Part shown: piece by piece, positions 31,277-41,698 of the stretch | Layout of the letters: every line of letters begins with the position of its first letter | Position numbering within the stretch: position 1 is the stretch's first letter | Source of the DNA: a virus | Strand: one strand, 5' to 3' | Length of the DNA stretch: 64,000 bases | Virus record (IMG/VR): IMGVR_UViG_3300045240_000051 | Location: 4,212 to 68,211 of that record | The notes under the pieces: model-generated | Seen by the model: only the letters and a program-made list of their open reading frames with translations | What the model was told of the DNA's origin: nothing | Databases searched by the model: none | Position numbers and translations under genes: made by a program

Positions 31277-32746
31277 TTAAGTCCAGCCCTTTGATTGTAT
31301 GGTGTTACGTGCAGTTGGTCGTTGGACTAATCTGGTTGTTATATAGCCCACCATATTTCCGTGTACAATAAGGCTCGCGTATTGTAGGCAGTCAGCTACG
31401 TGCGAGAAGCCTTCCTTGTCGTTCTTTTCCGGGACGACGCGCAGCGCACCCGCCTTGGTTTTGGTAAACCTGTAGCCTCCAGACATAGCTCTACAGAGCC
31501 AGGGACAACCCTGCCTACTAATAATGAGCGTAGGACCGCCGTTTGTTTGCCGGCCAAGTAGGCTCTCGACTGCACGAAGGCGGGGTTCAATGTCGTTTGT
31601 AGGTGCTGGGAAAGCAGGAAATCCAAATCGTTTAAGAGCGTCAAAACAGCTTTCCTCTGCGATGGAGCCTTTAGCAACGCCTGCTGGATCGCCGACCACG
31701 GCGATACGTTGTCCGACGTATTTGTTCGACATGAGTTTGGGGCGAAGCGATTGGTTGACATGTTTTTCCAGTCCTACGTTGATGGCGGGTACTTCTTCGT
31801 GAACGATCAGCCTTCCAAGATGGTCGGGTTGGCAGATAAGGGACCAAGGATTACGCCCAAAGTCCTGCGCAACAATAAGAGGGTATCCGGGTATGATGCC
31901 GTGCCACTTTTTGTCCGTTTCATCCATAATGTGGAAATCGGAACGAAAGGTATTCTTGAACACAGCCATACCCGATGGGTCGTCACCGTATTGGGCGTAG
32001 ACATACCGTTTAACCCAGTCGGAGTCTTCTCCGTACATTTCGACAAAACGCTCATAGTATTTTCTCCCTTGGGCGATACGGGCAGGGTGGTCGATGGGCA
32101 ATTTAATGGTTTGCTCGTTCTGCACCAGATAGGCAAGGTTTTCGGCGTTAGGGGATAAGCCGGATGGCTGGATGAATTTTTGCCAGTCAGACGGTAGATT
32201 TTCCATAAATGTGTGCCATGGGGCGAGTTCTGTGGGCATGTTGGTGTCGGCTATGATACCATGCCAAGTAGGTGTTCCACGTATGCCGCTAGGGTAGCGT
32301 CCGCATCGTCCGGATACAGGGCCAAGCACGCTAATGTCCATTTCAATGCACTCTGAGAGCCATGCGCCGGTAAGCTGCATGGAAAGAAGTCTTGCTTGAT
32401 CTTCGGAGTTTTCGAGCGGGATGAAGACCCATTCACTTCGCACATCGTCAAAATTAACATGAAATGTTCCTTCGCTGACCTTCCAAATGCCCAGTCCGCC
32501 AAGCCATGTTTCGCAGTCCTTAAGCACAGTATCTTTAAGTTGTTTTAGCGTTTGGCGTACAACCGAGAAGCGTGTATAACGTTTGCCGTCTGCACCGGGG
32601 GTTTGGGCTACGGATCGGCGTAACAGTTCAACGATGGCCGCAGTGGTCTTACCGGAACCGACCGGCCCCGCGGCGATCCTCCCGAACGCTTCCGACTTCA
32701 TAAAGCTGGCAAGCGTAGGGGGTGCGTTGAATGTAAATCCGCTCAT
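31277..32746 (-). CDS. terL: Terminase large subunit
   Basis: GPVGSGKT Walker A, WLSE, DTN coupling motif, QDFG, GDPAG and SHVADCLQY nuclease motifs. Confidence 0.92.
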   Translation of the reverse strand: MSGFTFNAPPTLASFMKSEAFGRIAAGPVGSGKTTAAIVELLRRSVAQTPGADGKRYTRFSVVRQTLKQLKDTVLKDCETWLGGLGIWKVSEGTFHVNFDDVRSEWVFIPLENSEDQARLLSMQLTGAWLSECIEMDISVLGPVSGRCGRYPSGIRGTPTWHGIIADTNMPTELAPWHTFMENLPSDWQKFIQPSGLSPNAENLAYLVQNEQTIKLPIDHPARIAQGRKYYERFVEMYGEDSDWVKRYVYAQYGDDPSGMAVFKNTFRSDFHIMDETDKKWHGIIPGYPLIVAQDFGRNPWSLICQPDHLGRLIVHEEVPAINVGLEKHVNQSLRPKLMSNKYVGQRIAVVGDPAGVAKGSIAEESCFDALKRFGFPAFPAPTNDIEPRLRAVESLLGRQTNGGPTLIISRQGCPWLCRAMSGGYRFTKTKAGALRVVPEKNDKEGFSHVADCLQYASLIVHGNMVGYITTRLVQRPTARNTIQSKGWT

Positions 32747-32776
32747 TTTCTATGATGTGTTGCTAGTCGCCGTTTT

Positions 32777-33943
32777 TTATTCTTGCCACGAAACCCATAC
32801 TTTTTCGCCTTGGGAGACTTTCTTGGGTTCAAGGAAGACTTCCCAGCGCGCCGTAATACCGTGCTCGGGGTGATTGAACCATAGGGCTTGAGAAGGTTTT
32901 GTGTTGGGAGCACGGAGTCCCAGGTGCCCATATTCGTTAAGACCCATGAGGGAATTATTGACAATAATCCCTGAAAGGCTGACGTATTGGTGCCAGTGTC
33001 CCATAACAAGCGTATCAAAGTGGCGCCCGATTTCCGCTTCGCTTCTACCGACTTTAAGTGCTCCACGGAGAATGGGCCCCAAAGCCCCAATGATCCCATC
33101 GCCTCCTTTAACGCCGAGGCTATCCCCATGTGTAAGGAGATAACGGTGACCGAACACTGCAAAGTAGGCATCTGCCTCTCCTGACACTAGAAATTGAATG
33201 TTTTTGGTTTTTCGGAATTCGCGTTCCAAATTGCAGTAGATGTTCCACTCGTAGTTGGTGTGGACACGCCCCTTCATCCTAGGTTTGCGAGTAGAGCGAC
33301 CATGATTACCAACCACGCAAGGAACAAACAGCTTCCCAAAACTAGACGCCATTTTGTCGAGCGAAGCTGCCAGTATGTCGGTAAGATCGTTGATGGCTTC
33401 TTGGGGGGTTCGGTCATTGGTGTTTTGCAATTCTTCATGGATATCCCCCGTAATCATGTCGCCGCCCAACATGATAACGGCTCCGGGGTACTTTTGTGCC
33501 GATCTGCCCATATGGTTGTAGGATAGGTCAATGGTGGTGTCTACCAGTTTATGCACGCGCTTTTTGGCCACTTTAGCGTTGAATTCATTGACGCCGCCCA
33601 CATCGTCCGGATTAACGACTTCCCCGTAATGCCAATCACTCCAAATAGTTACGGGGCATCCGCGTTTGCCTGATGCGCCGCCAGGACCAGTGATCCATTT
33701 CGGGGGTTCAGGGGTATGAGCAGACAAACCATAAATTTTAGTTCGTATGATTTCCTGGGTGTCATTGTCACGCCTGATCTGCCGGATGGTTTGATTGGCT
33801 GCGTTTAATTCCGCGTTCTTCTTGCGGATTATCTCCATGGCGTCGTTTAGGCGGTCGTCGTTTGTTTTTACGGGTGCCATGGTTATATTTCCTTTCGATC
33901 TCTCGACCTTTGGGGGAAAGTTTGTACTGGCGTTGGGCTTCAA
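32777..33943 (-). CDS. Calcineurin-like metallophosphoesterase
   Basis: SDWH, GD, GNHGR, HGD and GHWH motifs. Confidence 0.85.
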   Translation of the reverse strand: MKPNASTNFPPKVERSKGNITMAPVKTNDDRLNDAMEIIRKKNAELNAANQTIRQIRRDNDTQEIIRTKIYGLSAHTPEPPKWITGPGGASGKRGCPVTIWSDWHYGEVVNPDDVGGVNEFNAKVAKKRVHKLVDTTIDLSYNHMGRSAQKYPGAVIMLGGDMITGDIHEELQNTNDRTPQEAINDLTDILAASLDKMASSFGKLFVPCVVGNHGRSTRKPRMKGRVHTNYEWNIYCNLEREFRKTKNIQFLVSGEADAYFAVFGHRYLLTHGDSLGVKGGDGIIGALGPILRGALKVGRSEAEIGRHFDTLVMGHWHQYVSLSGIIVNNSLMGLNEYGHLGLRAPNTKPSQALWFNHPEHGITARWEVFLEPKKVSQGEKVWVSWQE

Positions 33944-34503
33944 GATGGGCTCGGGAGTGATTGTAACGGTCCTGGGTTGCTAGACCCTTCGGGGAGTGGT
34001 GATACCTCGATTGCCTCGCCCTCGATAGGAGTAATTGCTTTGTCGATTTTGATTTGGTCGGCCCCCAAGTTGATTGTGATTTGGACACGTTCTGTGCTCT
34101 GCTCTTTCTGTTTTTCGCCGCCGACGCCGGCCATGTCTGCCAGTACTTTAAGCGTTCCGGTTACACTTGACAAGGCTTCGTTCTTGTCGCCCATTCGCGC
34201 AACAACGTCCGGAAGGCGGTCTTCGATCCCGCATGCCGCTTGGAGGGCGATGCGCTGTTTGGTGGATTTGATGCTCTCCCATTCGGTGACGGCTATCTTG
34301 AAAGCATCTTGGAAATACTTGTTTTCTTTCAATAGGTTAAGCTGGTCTTCGGTTATTTTGTATCGGGCGCAAACAACCTTTACTGGATGCAAATTAGCTG
34401 CGAGTTCGCGGACTATGGCTGCTACGGTATTCAGGGGAATGTCTGGCATTTCCGCGGGGGGGTTTACCGCGACGGTAACAAGTTCGGTTGACGGATCAGG
34501 CAT
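33940..34503 (-). CDS. Putative terminase small subunit
   Basis: Upstream of terL; helical with a C-terminal VQITINLG strand; GGAG RBS before the ATG at 34503. Confidence 0.55.
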   Translation of the reverse strand: MPDPSTELVTVAVNPPAEMPDIPLNTVAAIVRELAANLHPVKVVCARYKITEDQLNLLKENKYFQDAFKIAVTEWESIKSTKQRIALQAACGIEDRLPDVVARMGDKNEALSSVTGTLKVLADMAGVGGEKQKEQSTERVQITINLGADQIKIDKAITPIEGEAIEVSPLPEGSSNPGPLQSLPSPS

Positions 34504-34615
34504 TTCGTAAACTCCTTCTAGTGTGCTATCATACGCTTTGCGCAAATGCAAGCGTTAGCGCCGCGTTAACGACCGTTCGATACGGTTGACGATTATGGGA
34601 TAAATCGGGTCCAGC

Positions 34616-36880
34616 ATGTCAGACATGGCCTTGGGGCAGCAAGGGGTTCTACAGGTCATACCGCCCGCTGCCCTTGAACAACAGCTTCAACAGCAGGCGT
34701 TGGATAAGGCGCAGGCCAACCAGCAGCAACAGGACCAGCAGGCCCCGCCTGACCTTGTGGGGTATATTAAAGGCCAATTCGAAATTTTCCGTAACCATCG
34801 CAATACTTCTGCCGGATGGTCAAATAGGCTTATCGACGCGCTGCGTATATTCAATGGACAGTATGACCCCAATAAATTGAATGAAATACGAAAGTTTGGC
34901 GGAAGTGAAGTGTACGCGCGTATTATAGCGCAGAAATGCCGTGCGGCCAGTTCGCTGTTACGTGACATTTATCTTGGGCAAGATCAGGCGTGGTCTATAC
35001 GGCCGCCATCCGATCCGGATGTGCCGTCAGAGATTTTGCAAAACATAGACCAGTTGATGCAGCACGAGCAGGTTATGGTGCAACAGCAGATGGGGCAGGC
35101 GCCGCACCCGTCTGACGTGGCAAATCGTAGGCGCATGCTGTTGGAGTCAGCGGAAGATGCGGCTAAAAAGAAAGCATCACAGCAGGCACGTACGTCCGAA
35201 AGTAAGATTGAGGACATGTTGCGCGAAGGAGGGTTCTATCATGCGCTTGCGGAGTTTTTGGTGGACCTACCCGTTTTTCCTTTCGCCGTTATCAAAGGTC
35301 CGGTGGTTAAAGTAATCCCGGAAGTAGTTTGGCCACCCAACGGGCAGGGCGCGCCATCCGTCAAGCAAAAGCCCAAATTGACATGGAATAGAGTGTCGCC
35401 GTTTGATTTGTGGTTTACTCCTGGTGTAGCGGATATTGAGAATGCCAATTGCATCGAAAAATTGCGAATTACCCGTGCTGAACTCAACGATATGCTTGAT
35501 TTGCCAGGGTATAACCAGGATGAAATTAGAGCCGTCCTGGAAGAATATGGGCGGGGTGGACTTTACGATAATTGGGACACCACCGACGCAGAGCGGGCTG
35601 TCCTTGAGAGCAGAGAAAATCCGGCATGGAATAGGTCCGGCTTGCTGTCAATGATGGAGTTTAACGGCAATGTACAAGGTCGGACGCTTCAAGATTATGG
35701 CATGGCCGTGGAGGATGAACTTCGAGATTATAACGTGCAGGTTTGGTGCATCGGAAGTCATATCATTAAGGCTCACCTTGCGCCGTCACCGCGCCAGAGG
35801 CACCCTTACTTCATTACGTCGTTTGAGAAGGTTCCGGGTACACCGGTTGGAAACAGCCTCTCAGACCTGCTTGGTGACATACAGGAAGTCGCTAATGCAA
35901 CACTCCGTGCGCTTGTAAACAATCTATCTATTTCGTCTGGCCCCCAAGTCGTCGTTAACGATGAACGTTTGTCGCCTGGGGAGACGGGAGAGGACCTTTA
36001 CCCATGGAAACGATGGCACGTACGCAACGATCCTGTGGCGAACAACACGCAGGAGCCGATCAAGTTTTTCATGCCGACAAGCAACTCGCAATCGCTGATG
36101 GATGTGTACAACGCATTTATTGGCATTGCGGACGATGTATCGGCGATCCCGAAATATGTTGGCGGTCAGGCAGGTGCTGGCGGCGCAGGGCGGACGGCGA
36201 GTGGATTGGCTATGTTAATGGGGAACGCCTCCAAGATATTGCAGTCGGTGAGCGCCAACATAGATCGCGACGTGCTAGAGCCCGCGCTATTGCAGTTGGC
36301 CGACCTGATTATGCTGACAGACACTTCCGGGTTATTGACGGGGGAAGAAAAGATTAGCGTGCAAGGTGTGGCGGTGGCCATCCAGCGCGAGACGTTGCGT
36401 CAACGCCAGATCGAGTTCTTGCAAGCCACGTTGAACCCGACCGACCAGAAGATCATTGGCCTTAAGGGCCGAGCTTCGCTGCTGCGGGCGGTTGGCACTA
36501 CGATTGGCCTTCCTGGGGAGGAAATTGTTCCTCCGGAACAAGTTATCGAGCAGATGGATGCTAACCAGAAGAAAGAACAGCAGCAAGGTCCGATGTTGGA
36601 GCAGGTTCAAAAGGGTGTTATGAAGGGCGTTGAACTTGGTGTGCAAACTATATCCAAGGAATTGACCGCTGGTGAAATAGCTGCTAGAGCACAGATGCCG
36701 GAAGGCAAGCCTACACACATAGGAACGCTGCCGGGTGGCTCTCAGGAGCAGGATGCGGCGCAAGGACAAGGCACAAGACAAGGCCCGCTCGTGGGTGGTG
36801 GAATGGCCCCTAATTCTGCTAACGTAGTCGGCAATCAACCAGGGCGCGGGGCGCACCCGATAAGTCCAGGCGTTGGGTAA
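34616..36880 (+). CDS. Portal protein
   Basis: 754 aa; RVSPFD, PYF..GTPVG..DIQ..N and GRTASGLAMLM portal-type motifs. Confidence 0.85.
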   Translation: MSDMALGQQGVLQVIPPAALEQQLQQQALDKAQANQQQQDQQAPPDLVGYIKGQFEIFRNHRNTSAGWSNRLIDALRIFNGQYDPNKLNEIRKFGGSEVYARIIAQKCRAASSLLRDIYLGQDQAWSIRPPSDPDVPSEILQNIDQLMQHEQVMVQQQMGQAPHPSDVANRRRMLLESAEDAAKKKASQQARTSESKIEDMLREGGFYHALAEFLVDLPVFPFAVIKGPVVKVIPEVVWPPNGQGAPSVKQKPKLTWNRVSPFDLWFTPGVADIENANCIEKLRITRAELNDMLDLPGYNQDEIRAVLEEYGRGGLYDNWDTTDAERAVLESRENPAWNRSGLLSMMEFNGNVQGRTLQDYGMAVEDELRDYNVQVWCIGSHIIKAHLAPSPRQRHPYFITSFEKVPGTPVGNSLSDLLGDIQEVANATLRALVNNLSISSGPQVVVNDERLSPGETGEDLYPWKRWHVRNDPVANNTQEPIKFFMPTSNSQSLMDVYNAFIGIADDVSAIPKYVGGQAGAGGAGRTASGLAMLMGNASKILQSVSANIDRDVLEPALLQLADLIMLTDTSGLLTGEEKISVQGVAVAIQRETLRQRQIEFLQATLNPTDQKIIGLKGRASLLRAVGTTIGLPGEEIVPPEQVIEQMDANQKKEQQQGPMLEQVQKGVMKGVELGVQTISKELTAGEIAARAQMPEGKPTHIGTLPGGSQEQDAAQGQGTRQGPLVGGGMAPNSANVVGNQPGRGAHPISPGVG

Positions 36881-37677
36881 TGATACATTTTATATCGGGT
36901 TTGCCGCGGAGCGGATCAACGTTGCTTGCGGCCATACTTCGACAAAATCCGGATTTCACCGCTAGTATAATGTCTCCGGTGGGACGTGTTTTTACGGACA
37001 CGCACGCGGCCATGAGCGTGGATAGCGAAGCGGAAATATTTCTGGACGACGATACCCGAGTGCGGATACTACGGGCATTATTCTCCGCATACTACGCCGA
37101 CAAAGGGGCGGATGTAATATTTGACAACAATCGGCGGTGGACGGCCAATGCCGATCTACTTATGACGCTGTTCCCTATGTCGCGAATTATATGTTGTGTA
37201 CGGGACCCTAAAGCTATTGTGGATAGTTTTGAACGGTTACTGCGTTCACATCCATTGGCGGTTAGCAAGATTATAGGAATGCAGTCTAACTTGAACGTAT
37301 ATTCCCGGTTTGACCACTACATGTCCGCGGAGGGTGTATTAGGCTTTGCTTATTATGCGTTGCGGGATGCTTTTTGGGGGCCGGCTAAGGATCGGCTCTT
37401 GTTCATTGAATATGACGATCTTTCGCGTTTTCCGAAGGAAGTTTTGGAGGATTTGCACAAAGTCCTCAACCTGCCTAAGTTCAAGTATGATTTTGAAAAT
37501 ATAGAACAGTTACCGTTGACAAAAGAATTCGATGCCAGAATAGGCACACCAGGGCTTCACGACTTGAAAGGTAAAGTGGTGTACGAACCACGTACGACCA
37601 TTTTGCCGCCTGATATCTATAATCGGGTGCCGGGTCCGTTCTGGCGCGTTAATAAAGAAGCAACCAAGGCACCGTAA
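36880..37677 (+). CDS. Sulfotransferase family protein
   Basis: ISGLPRSGSTLL 5'-PAPS loop, VRDP..S 3'-PAPS motif and IEYDDL..P. Confidence 0.85.
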   Translation: MIHFISGLPRSGSTLLAAILRQNPDFTASIMSPVGRVFTDTHAAMSVDSEAEIFLDDDTRVRILRALFSAYYADKGADVIFDNNRRWTANADLLMTLFPMSRIICCVRDPKAIVDSFERLLRSHPLAVSKIIGMQSNLNVYSRFDHYMSAEGVLGFAYYALRDAFWGPAKDRLLFIEYDDLSRFPKEVLEDLHKVLNLPKFKYDFENIEQLPLTKEFDARIGTPGLHDLKGKVVYEPRTTILPPDIYNRVPGPFWRVNKEATKAP

Positions 37678-37708
37678 CGTTCGATTGCCACCATTTTAAG
37701 GGCGCTCC

Positions 37709-38287
37709 ATGTCTGTTACTGGGTCATATAAATACGACCGAAATACACTAGGGAACGTTCTCGCCCAAGTGGTTACAGCCATCAACAAGGGTACAGGTGG
37801 CGGAAATACCGGTCCTACGGGGGCCACAGGTTCGGGCGTTGGCTCTACTGGCCCTGCGGGCCCTGGTGTGACAGGTCCTACTGGCGCTGTTGGTTTGGGC
37901 ACAGGTATTCAAGGGCCGCAAGGCAATTACGGTAACACGGGTAATACTGGCCCCACTGGTAATACTGGCCCTACGGGCCAGACCGGCACGGGTGGGCCGC
38001 TTGGTGCGACTGGTCCTGGTGCTGGTGTTACCGGGCCTACGGGCCCGACCGGTTCGAGCACCGGCATTGCCGGGTTCGCCGGTAATACTGGCCCCACTGG
38101 TAATACTGGCCCGACCGGCGCAACCGGTTTAACTGGTTTCAAAGGACATTGGGGCCCCACGGGTCCTACGGGTCCTACTGGACGAGCTACTACGTTGTTT
38201 GTTCCGCCCACTTCAAGTCCGGGTGTTACGGGTCAGGTGTGGAATAAGAACGGCGTTCTTACAATTTCTGCCGGTCCAGGGACGTAA
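37709..38287 (+). CDS. Collagen-like protein 1
   Basis: G-X-T repeats; C-terminal [13 protein letters not shown]. Confidence 0.9.
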   Translation: MSVTGSYKYDRNTLGNVLAQVVTAINKGTGGGNTGPTGATGSGVGSTGPAGPGVTGPTGAVGLGTGIQGPQGNYGNTGNTGPTGNTGPTGQTGTGGPLGATGPGAGVTGPTGPTGSSTGIAGFAGNTGPTGNTGPTGATGLTGFKGHWGPTGPTGPTGRATTLFVPPTSSPGVTGQVWNKNGVLTISAGPGT

Positions 38288-38297
38288 GGAATAAGTC

Positions 38298-38891
38298 ATG
38301 GCCGCTAAATATGTAGATGGACCGCTTGTTGAGTCCCCGGATTTTGACTTTCAGCTTTTTGGCGAGCATTTGCATCGCGTTGTTGACACTTTTAACCAAG
38401 GGGGTATTGGCGGCGCCACTGGTGTTACTGGTCCTGCTGGTTTGGGCGGTGGAAACACTGGCCCTACTGGCCCTACCGGTGTAACCGGTCCTACTGGTTC
38501 TGCTGGTGGCCAACCGGGTCCGGTTGGTAATACCGGTGCGACTGGCCCTACTGGTGCGCAGGGTAATGTTGGCACTGCTGGTTTAGCCGGTCCGTTGGGT
38601 CCGACTGGTCCGACTGGTCCGACTGGCATAACCGGTGGTAACACTGGTCCTACTGGTATTACTGGATCGCCGTCTGGTAAACAGGGTCCGACGGGTCCGA
38701 CGGGTCCGACTGGCGCTACTGGTGGTGCTGGGCTTGCTGGTTCGTCTGGACCGATGGGGCCGACTGGTCCGACAGGTAACACAGGTAATACGGGTATCAA
38801 CACGTCCGTTTTCACACCGGCTACCGCTGATCCGCATGTGGTTAATCAGGTGTGGAGTAATAGCGGCGTTCTCACAATTTCGGCGGGGTAA
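38298..38891 (+). CDS. Collagen-like protein 2
   Basis: G-X-T repeats; C-terminal [13 protein letters not shown]. Confidence 0.9.
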   Translation: MAAKYVDGPLVESPDFDFQLFGEHLHRVVDTFNQGGIGGATGVTGPAGLGGGNTGPTGPTGVTGPTGSAGGQPGPVGNTGATGPTGAQGNVGTAGLAGPLGPTGPTGPTGITGGNTGPTGITGSPSGKQGPTGPTGPTGATGGAGLAGSSGPMGPTGPTGNTGNTGINTSVFTPATADPHVVNQVWSNSGVLTISAG

Positions 38892-38896
38892 GGACA

Positions 38897-39622
38897 ATGG
38901 CAACCAACATCCCGTTCCCTACTGTGGGACCAGACACCTACGACGACAACGACCTGAGTACCATTCTCACGCAGGTTACGCACGTCATTAACACTGGTAC
39001 GATTACTGGTCCGGCTGGTCCCGCGGGTCCTACCGGTCCGGTAACAAGCACTGGCCCGACTGGTACGACCGGTTTGGGAAAGCTGACCACTTTTGTGCCG
39101 ATTACTGGCGGCACTGGTATGACTGGTGTGGTTTCGTATCCGGGAGCCACTGGGCCTTGGGGGTCATACACCGGTCCTACTGGCGTTACTGGGTATACAG
39201 GCCCGGCCGGTGCGCAAGGTCCGTCTGGTCCGCAACCGGGTACAGGTAATACTGGTGCGACGGGTGGTACTGGGTATCAGGGTCCTCCGTATTTTGTTGG
39301 TCCGCAAGGTCCGACTGGCGCGACAGGTATCACAGGTCCTACTGGTGCGACAGGACCAAGTGGCCCTGCTGGTTTTGCCGGTAACACGGGTAATACTGGC
39401 CCCACAGGTCCTACTGGCGGAAGTACTACGTTCAAACCAACGATTGGTACTGGCGGGTCTGGTAATACTGGAACAACGGTTTATTGGGGTCCGCAAGGTC
39501 CAAACGGGCCTGTCCTGAATGACCAGTTTATTGCGCCGACTACCGATCCGAACGTGCGCGGTGCGGTGTGGAATAGAAGCGGGACGCTTGTGATTTCTCC
39601 GGGCGTTGTTGGCGGCGGGTAA
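38897..39622 (+). CDS. Collagen-like protein 3
   Basis: G-X-T repeats; C-terminal [13 protein letters not shown]. Confidence 0.9.
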   Translation: MATNIPFPTVGPDTYDDNDLSTILTQVTHVINTGTITGPAGPAGPTGPVTSTGPTGTTGLGKLTTFVPITGGTGMTGVVSYPGATGPWGSYTGPTGVTGYTGPAGAQGPSGPQPGTGNTGATGGTGYQGPPYFVGPQGPTGATGITGPTGATGPSGPAGFAGNTGNTGPTGPTGGSTTFKPTIGTGGSGNTGTTVYWGPQGPNGPVLNDQFIAPTTDPNVRGAVWNRSGTLVISPGVVGGG

Positions 39623-39673
39623 TTGACATTGGAAGGCGGGTGCTGTACAAACGGGGCATAAGGGAAACATCCC

Positions 39674-41698
39674 ATGCCCCGTTTGATTTTGAACAGTATC
39701 GTGAAGAACGAGAGCGCGCGTATCGAGCGCATGCTTGAAAGTGTTGTGGCGTTTATCGACTGCGTGGTTATTGTAGATACCGGCAGTACGGACAATACGC
39801 AGGACTTGATTAAGTCCTTTTGCAATAAGCACAACCTGCCGGTCCACATCTACGAAGTTGGGTTTATAGATTTCTCGCAGGCGCGCAATAGCGCCCTGCG
39901 TAGTGCTCGTATGCACGCGAAGGCCGCGGATGATTACATCCTTCTTGTAGACGCGGATATGGAATTGAAGGTTGAAGATAAAACGTGTTTCGATAATTTA
40001 ACTGGTCAATCCTACGACATGTATCAGGTGGCCGGTACGCTGCATTACCAGAACCGCAGACTTGTTCGTGCCGGCTCTGTAGGATGGTATCGCGGTGTTA
40101 CGCATGAATATCTTGACGTGGAGAGCGCGGGGTTTATTCCGGAGGAAAAGGCGTATTTTTTTGACCACGCCGACGGCGCCAACCGCCCCAACAAGTTTAC
40201 TAGGGATATCAGCCTGCTTAAGCGGGGGTTGAAAGATGAACCCAATAACGAGAGATATTTCTACTACTTGGCGCAGTCGTATCGTGACGCTGGAAAATAC
40301 ATGGAGGCTATACGGTGGTACGATAAACGAGTTAAATTTGGCGGCTGGCCGGAAGAACAGTGGAGCGCACAGCTTCACAGTGCGGAGTGTTACAAGGCCC
40401 TTGGTAACGAGGCAGAGTTTATACGCAGATCGTTGATTGCGTATAACATGCGGCCGTCCCGTGCGGAGAGTGTATACGGGCTGGCCAACCATTTTAGGCT
40501 TAAGGGTGAGAATGCGCTGGCTTGCTTGTTTGCCGAAGAAGCCATGCGTATTCCACGTACCAAGGATGCGTTGTTTGTGAATGATTACGCCTACACTGTG
40601 GGCCCACTGGAGGAATTGTCCATATCCGGGTTCTACGTCGAAAGCAAAAAAGAGCATGCGTTTAACGTTACTAACAAGCTATCTCTTACAGCCGGCCCCT
40701 ATGCCGGGGCGAGAGAGTTAGCGCGTAACAATATGTTTTGGTACGTCTCGAAATTGTCGGAGGATTGTCCGTCGTTCAAAAGCCAGAAATTAGGGTTTAC
40801 GCCGGAAGACGGTTGGACGGCTATGAACCCCAGCATTGCTAGATTGGGCGAAGCCATGTTCTGCGTTGTGCGGACAGTTAATTACACTATGGATGACGAA
40901 GGGCGCTACTTGATAAAGGGGGTTGAGGACGACGGGAAGGTTGGTTGCAACGCTAACGCCACAAACCCTATTCACACTAGAAATTGGCTGGTGCGGATTG
41001 AGAATGATTTGAGCGCAGAAGTACGCAATGAGTTGTTACCGCCCGGTAACATGCCGGTCGGTTGGCCGCTGGTTATTGGGTTTGAAGACATGCGTTTGTT
41101 TTCATCCGACCGCTCTATGTGGACTTCCTCTACTGTGCGGCAAATTCATCAAGACGGGAACTGCGAACAGGTTCTAGCCCGTATAGACTTGAACAAGGAT
41201 GGTTATGTTGTTGGCGATGACTACAAACGAATGTTGCGCCAGCCGCGGGTTACCGAGAAGAATTGGATGCCTATTGACGGTAGCAATCCGATACGGTTCA
41301 TGTATCGTTTGGGTCATGTGGTGGATAGTGACGGTAAGGACATTGTTGTTAATAAGCCACCGGTAGACGTTGGACAGATTAGCGGCGGTTCGCAGGTAAT
41401 ACCGTGGATGGGTGGATGGCTGTGTCTTGTACACGAAGCACGCCCCTTACCGGATAAGCACTACAAGCGGTACTATTGGCATCGTTTCGCCTATCTCAAT
41501 CACGAGTTCAAACTTATCAATATAAGTCACCCGTTTGTGTTTCAGGAGAAGCAGATAGAATTTGCTGCGGGACTGTGCTGGCACCCGGACGGTAAGCGGT
41601 TTGTGATTTCGTACGGTGTGCAGGATAAAGAAGCACATATAGCGATAGTGAACGAGTCCGAAGTAGGGAAGATGCTATGGTTCGCACCAAAGTTGTGA
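39674..41698 (+). CDS. GT2 glycosyltransferase plus TPR plus five-bladed beta-propeller (GH130/GH43-like) domain
   Basis: IVKNE, VDTGSTD, DFSQARN, DADM; YYLAQSY TPRs; NPSI, EDMRLF, EKNW, IEFAAGL and SYG. Confidence 0.85.
   Translation: MPRLILNSIVKNESARIERMLESVVAFIDCVVIVDTGSTDNTQDLIKSFCNKHNLPVHIYEVGFIDFSQARNSALRSARMHAKAADDYILLVDADMELKVEDKTCFDNLTGQSYDMYQVAGTLHYQNRRLVRAGSVGWYRGVTHEYLDVESAGFIPEEKAYFFDHADGANRPNKFTRDISLLKRGLKDEPNNERYFYYLAQSYRDAGKYMEAIRWYDKRVKFGGWPEEQWSAQLHSAECYKALGNEAEFIRRSLIAYNMRPSRAESVYGLANHFRLKGENALACLFAEEAMRIPRTKDALFVNDYAYTVGPLEELSISGFYVESKKEHAFNVTNKLSLTAGPYAGARELARNNMFWYVSKLSEDCPSFKSQKLGFTPEDGWTAMNPSIARLGEAMFCVVRTVNYTMDDEGRYLIKGVEDDGKVGCNANATNPIHTRNWLVRIENDLSAEVRNELLPPGNMPVGWPLVIGFEDMRLFSSDRSMWTSSTVRQIHQDGNCEQVLARIDLNKDGYVVGDDYKRMLRQPRVTEKNWMPIDGSNPIRFMYRLGHVVDSDGKDIVVNKPPVDVGQISGGSQVIPWMGGWLCLVHEARPLPDKHYKRYYWHRFAYLNHEFKLINISHPFVFQEKQIEFAAGLCWHPDGKRFVISYGVQDKEAHIAIVNESEVGKMLWFAPKL

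Noticed and set aside
37696-39916. Antisense PVGPV-type ORFs over the collagen genes (also at 50.1-52.9 kb, and 60372-62075 over the G-rich gene)
   Set aside because: These are shadow frames of Gly/Pro/Thr-rich low-complexity coding sequence.
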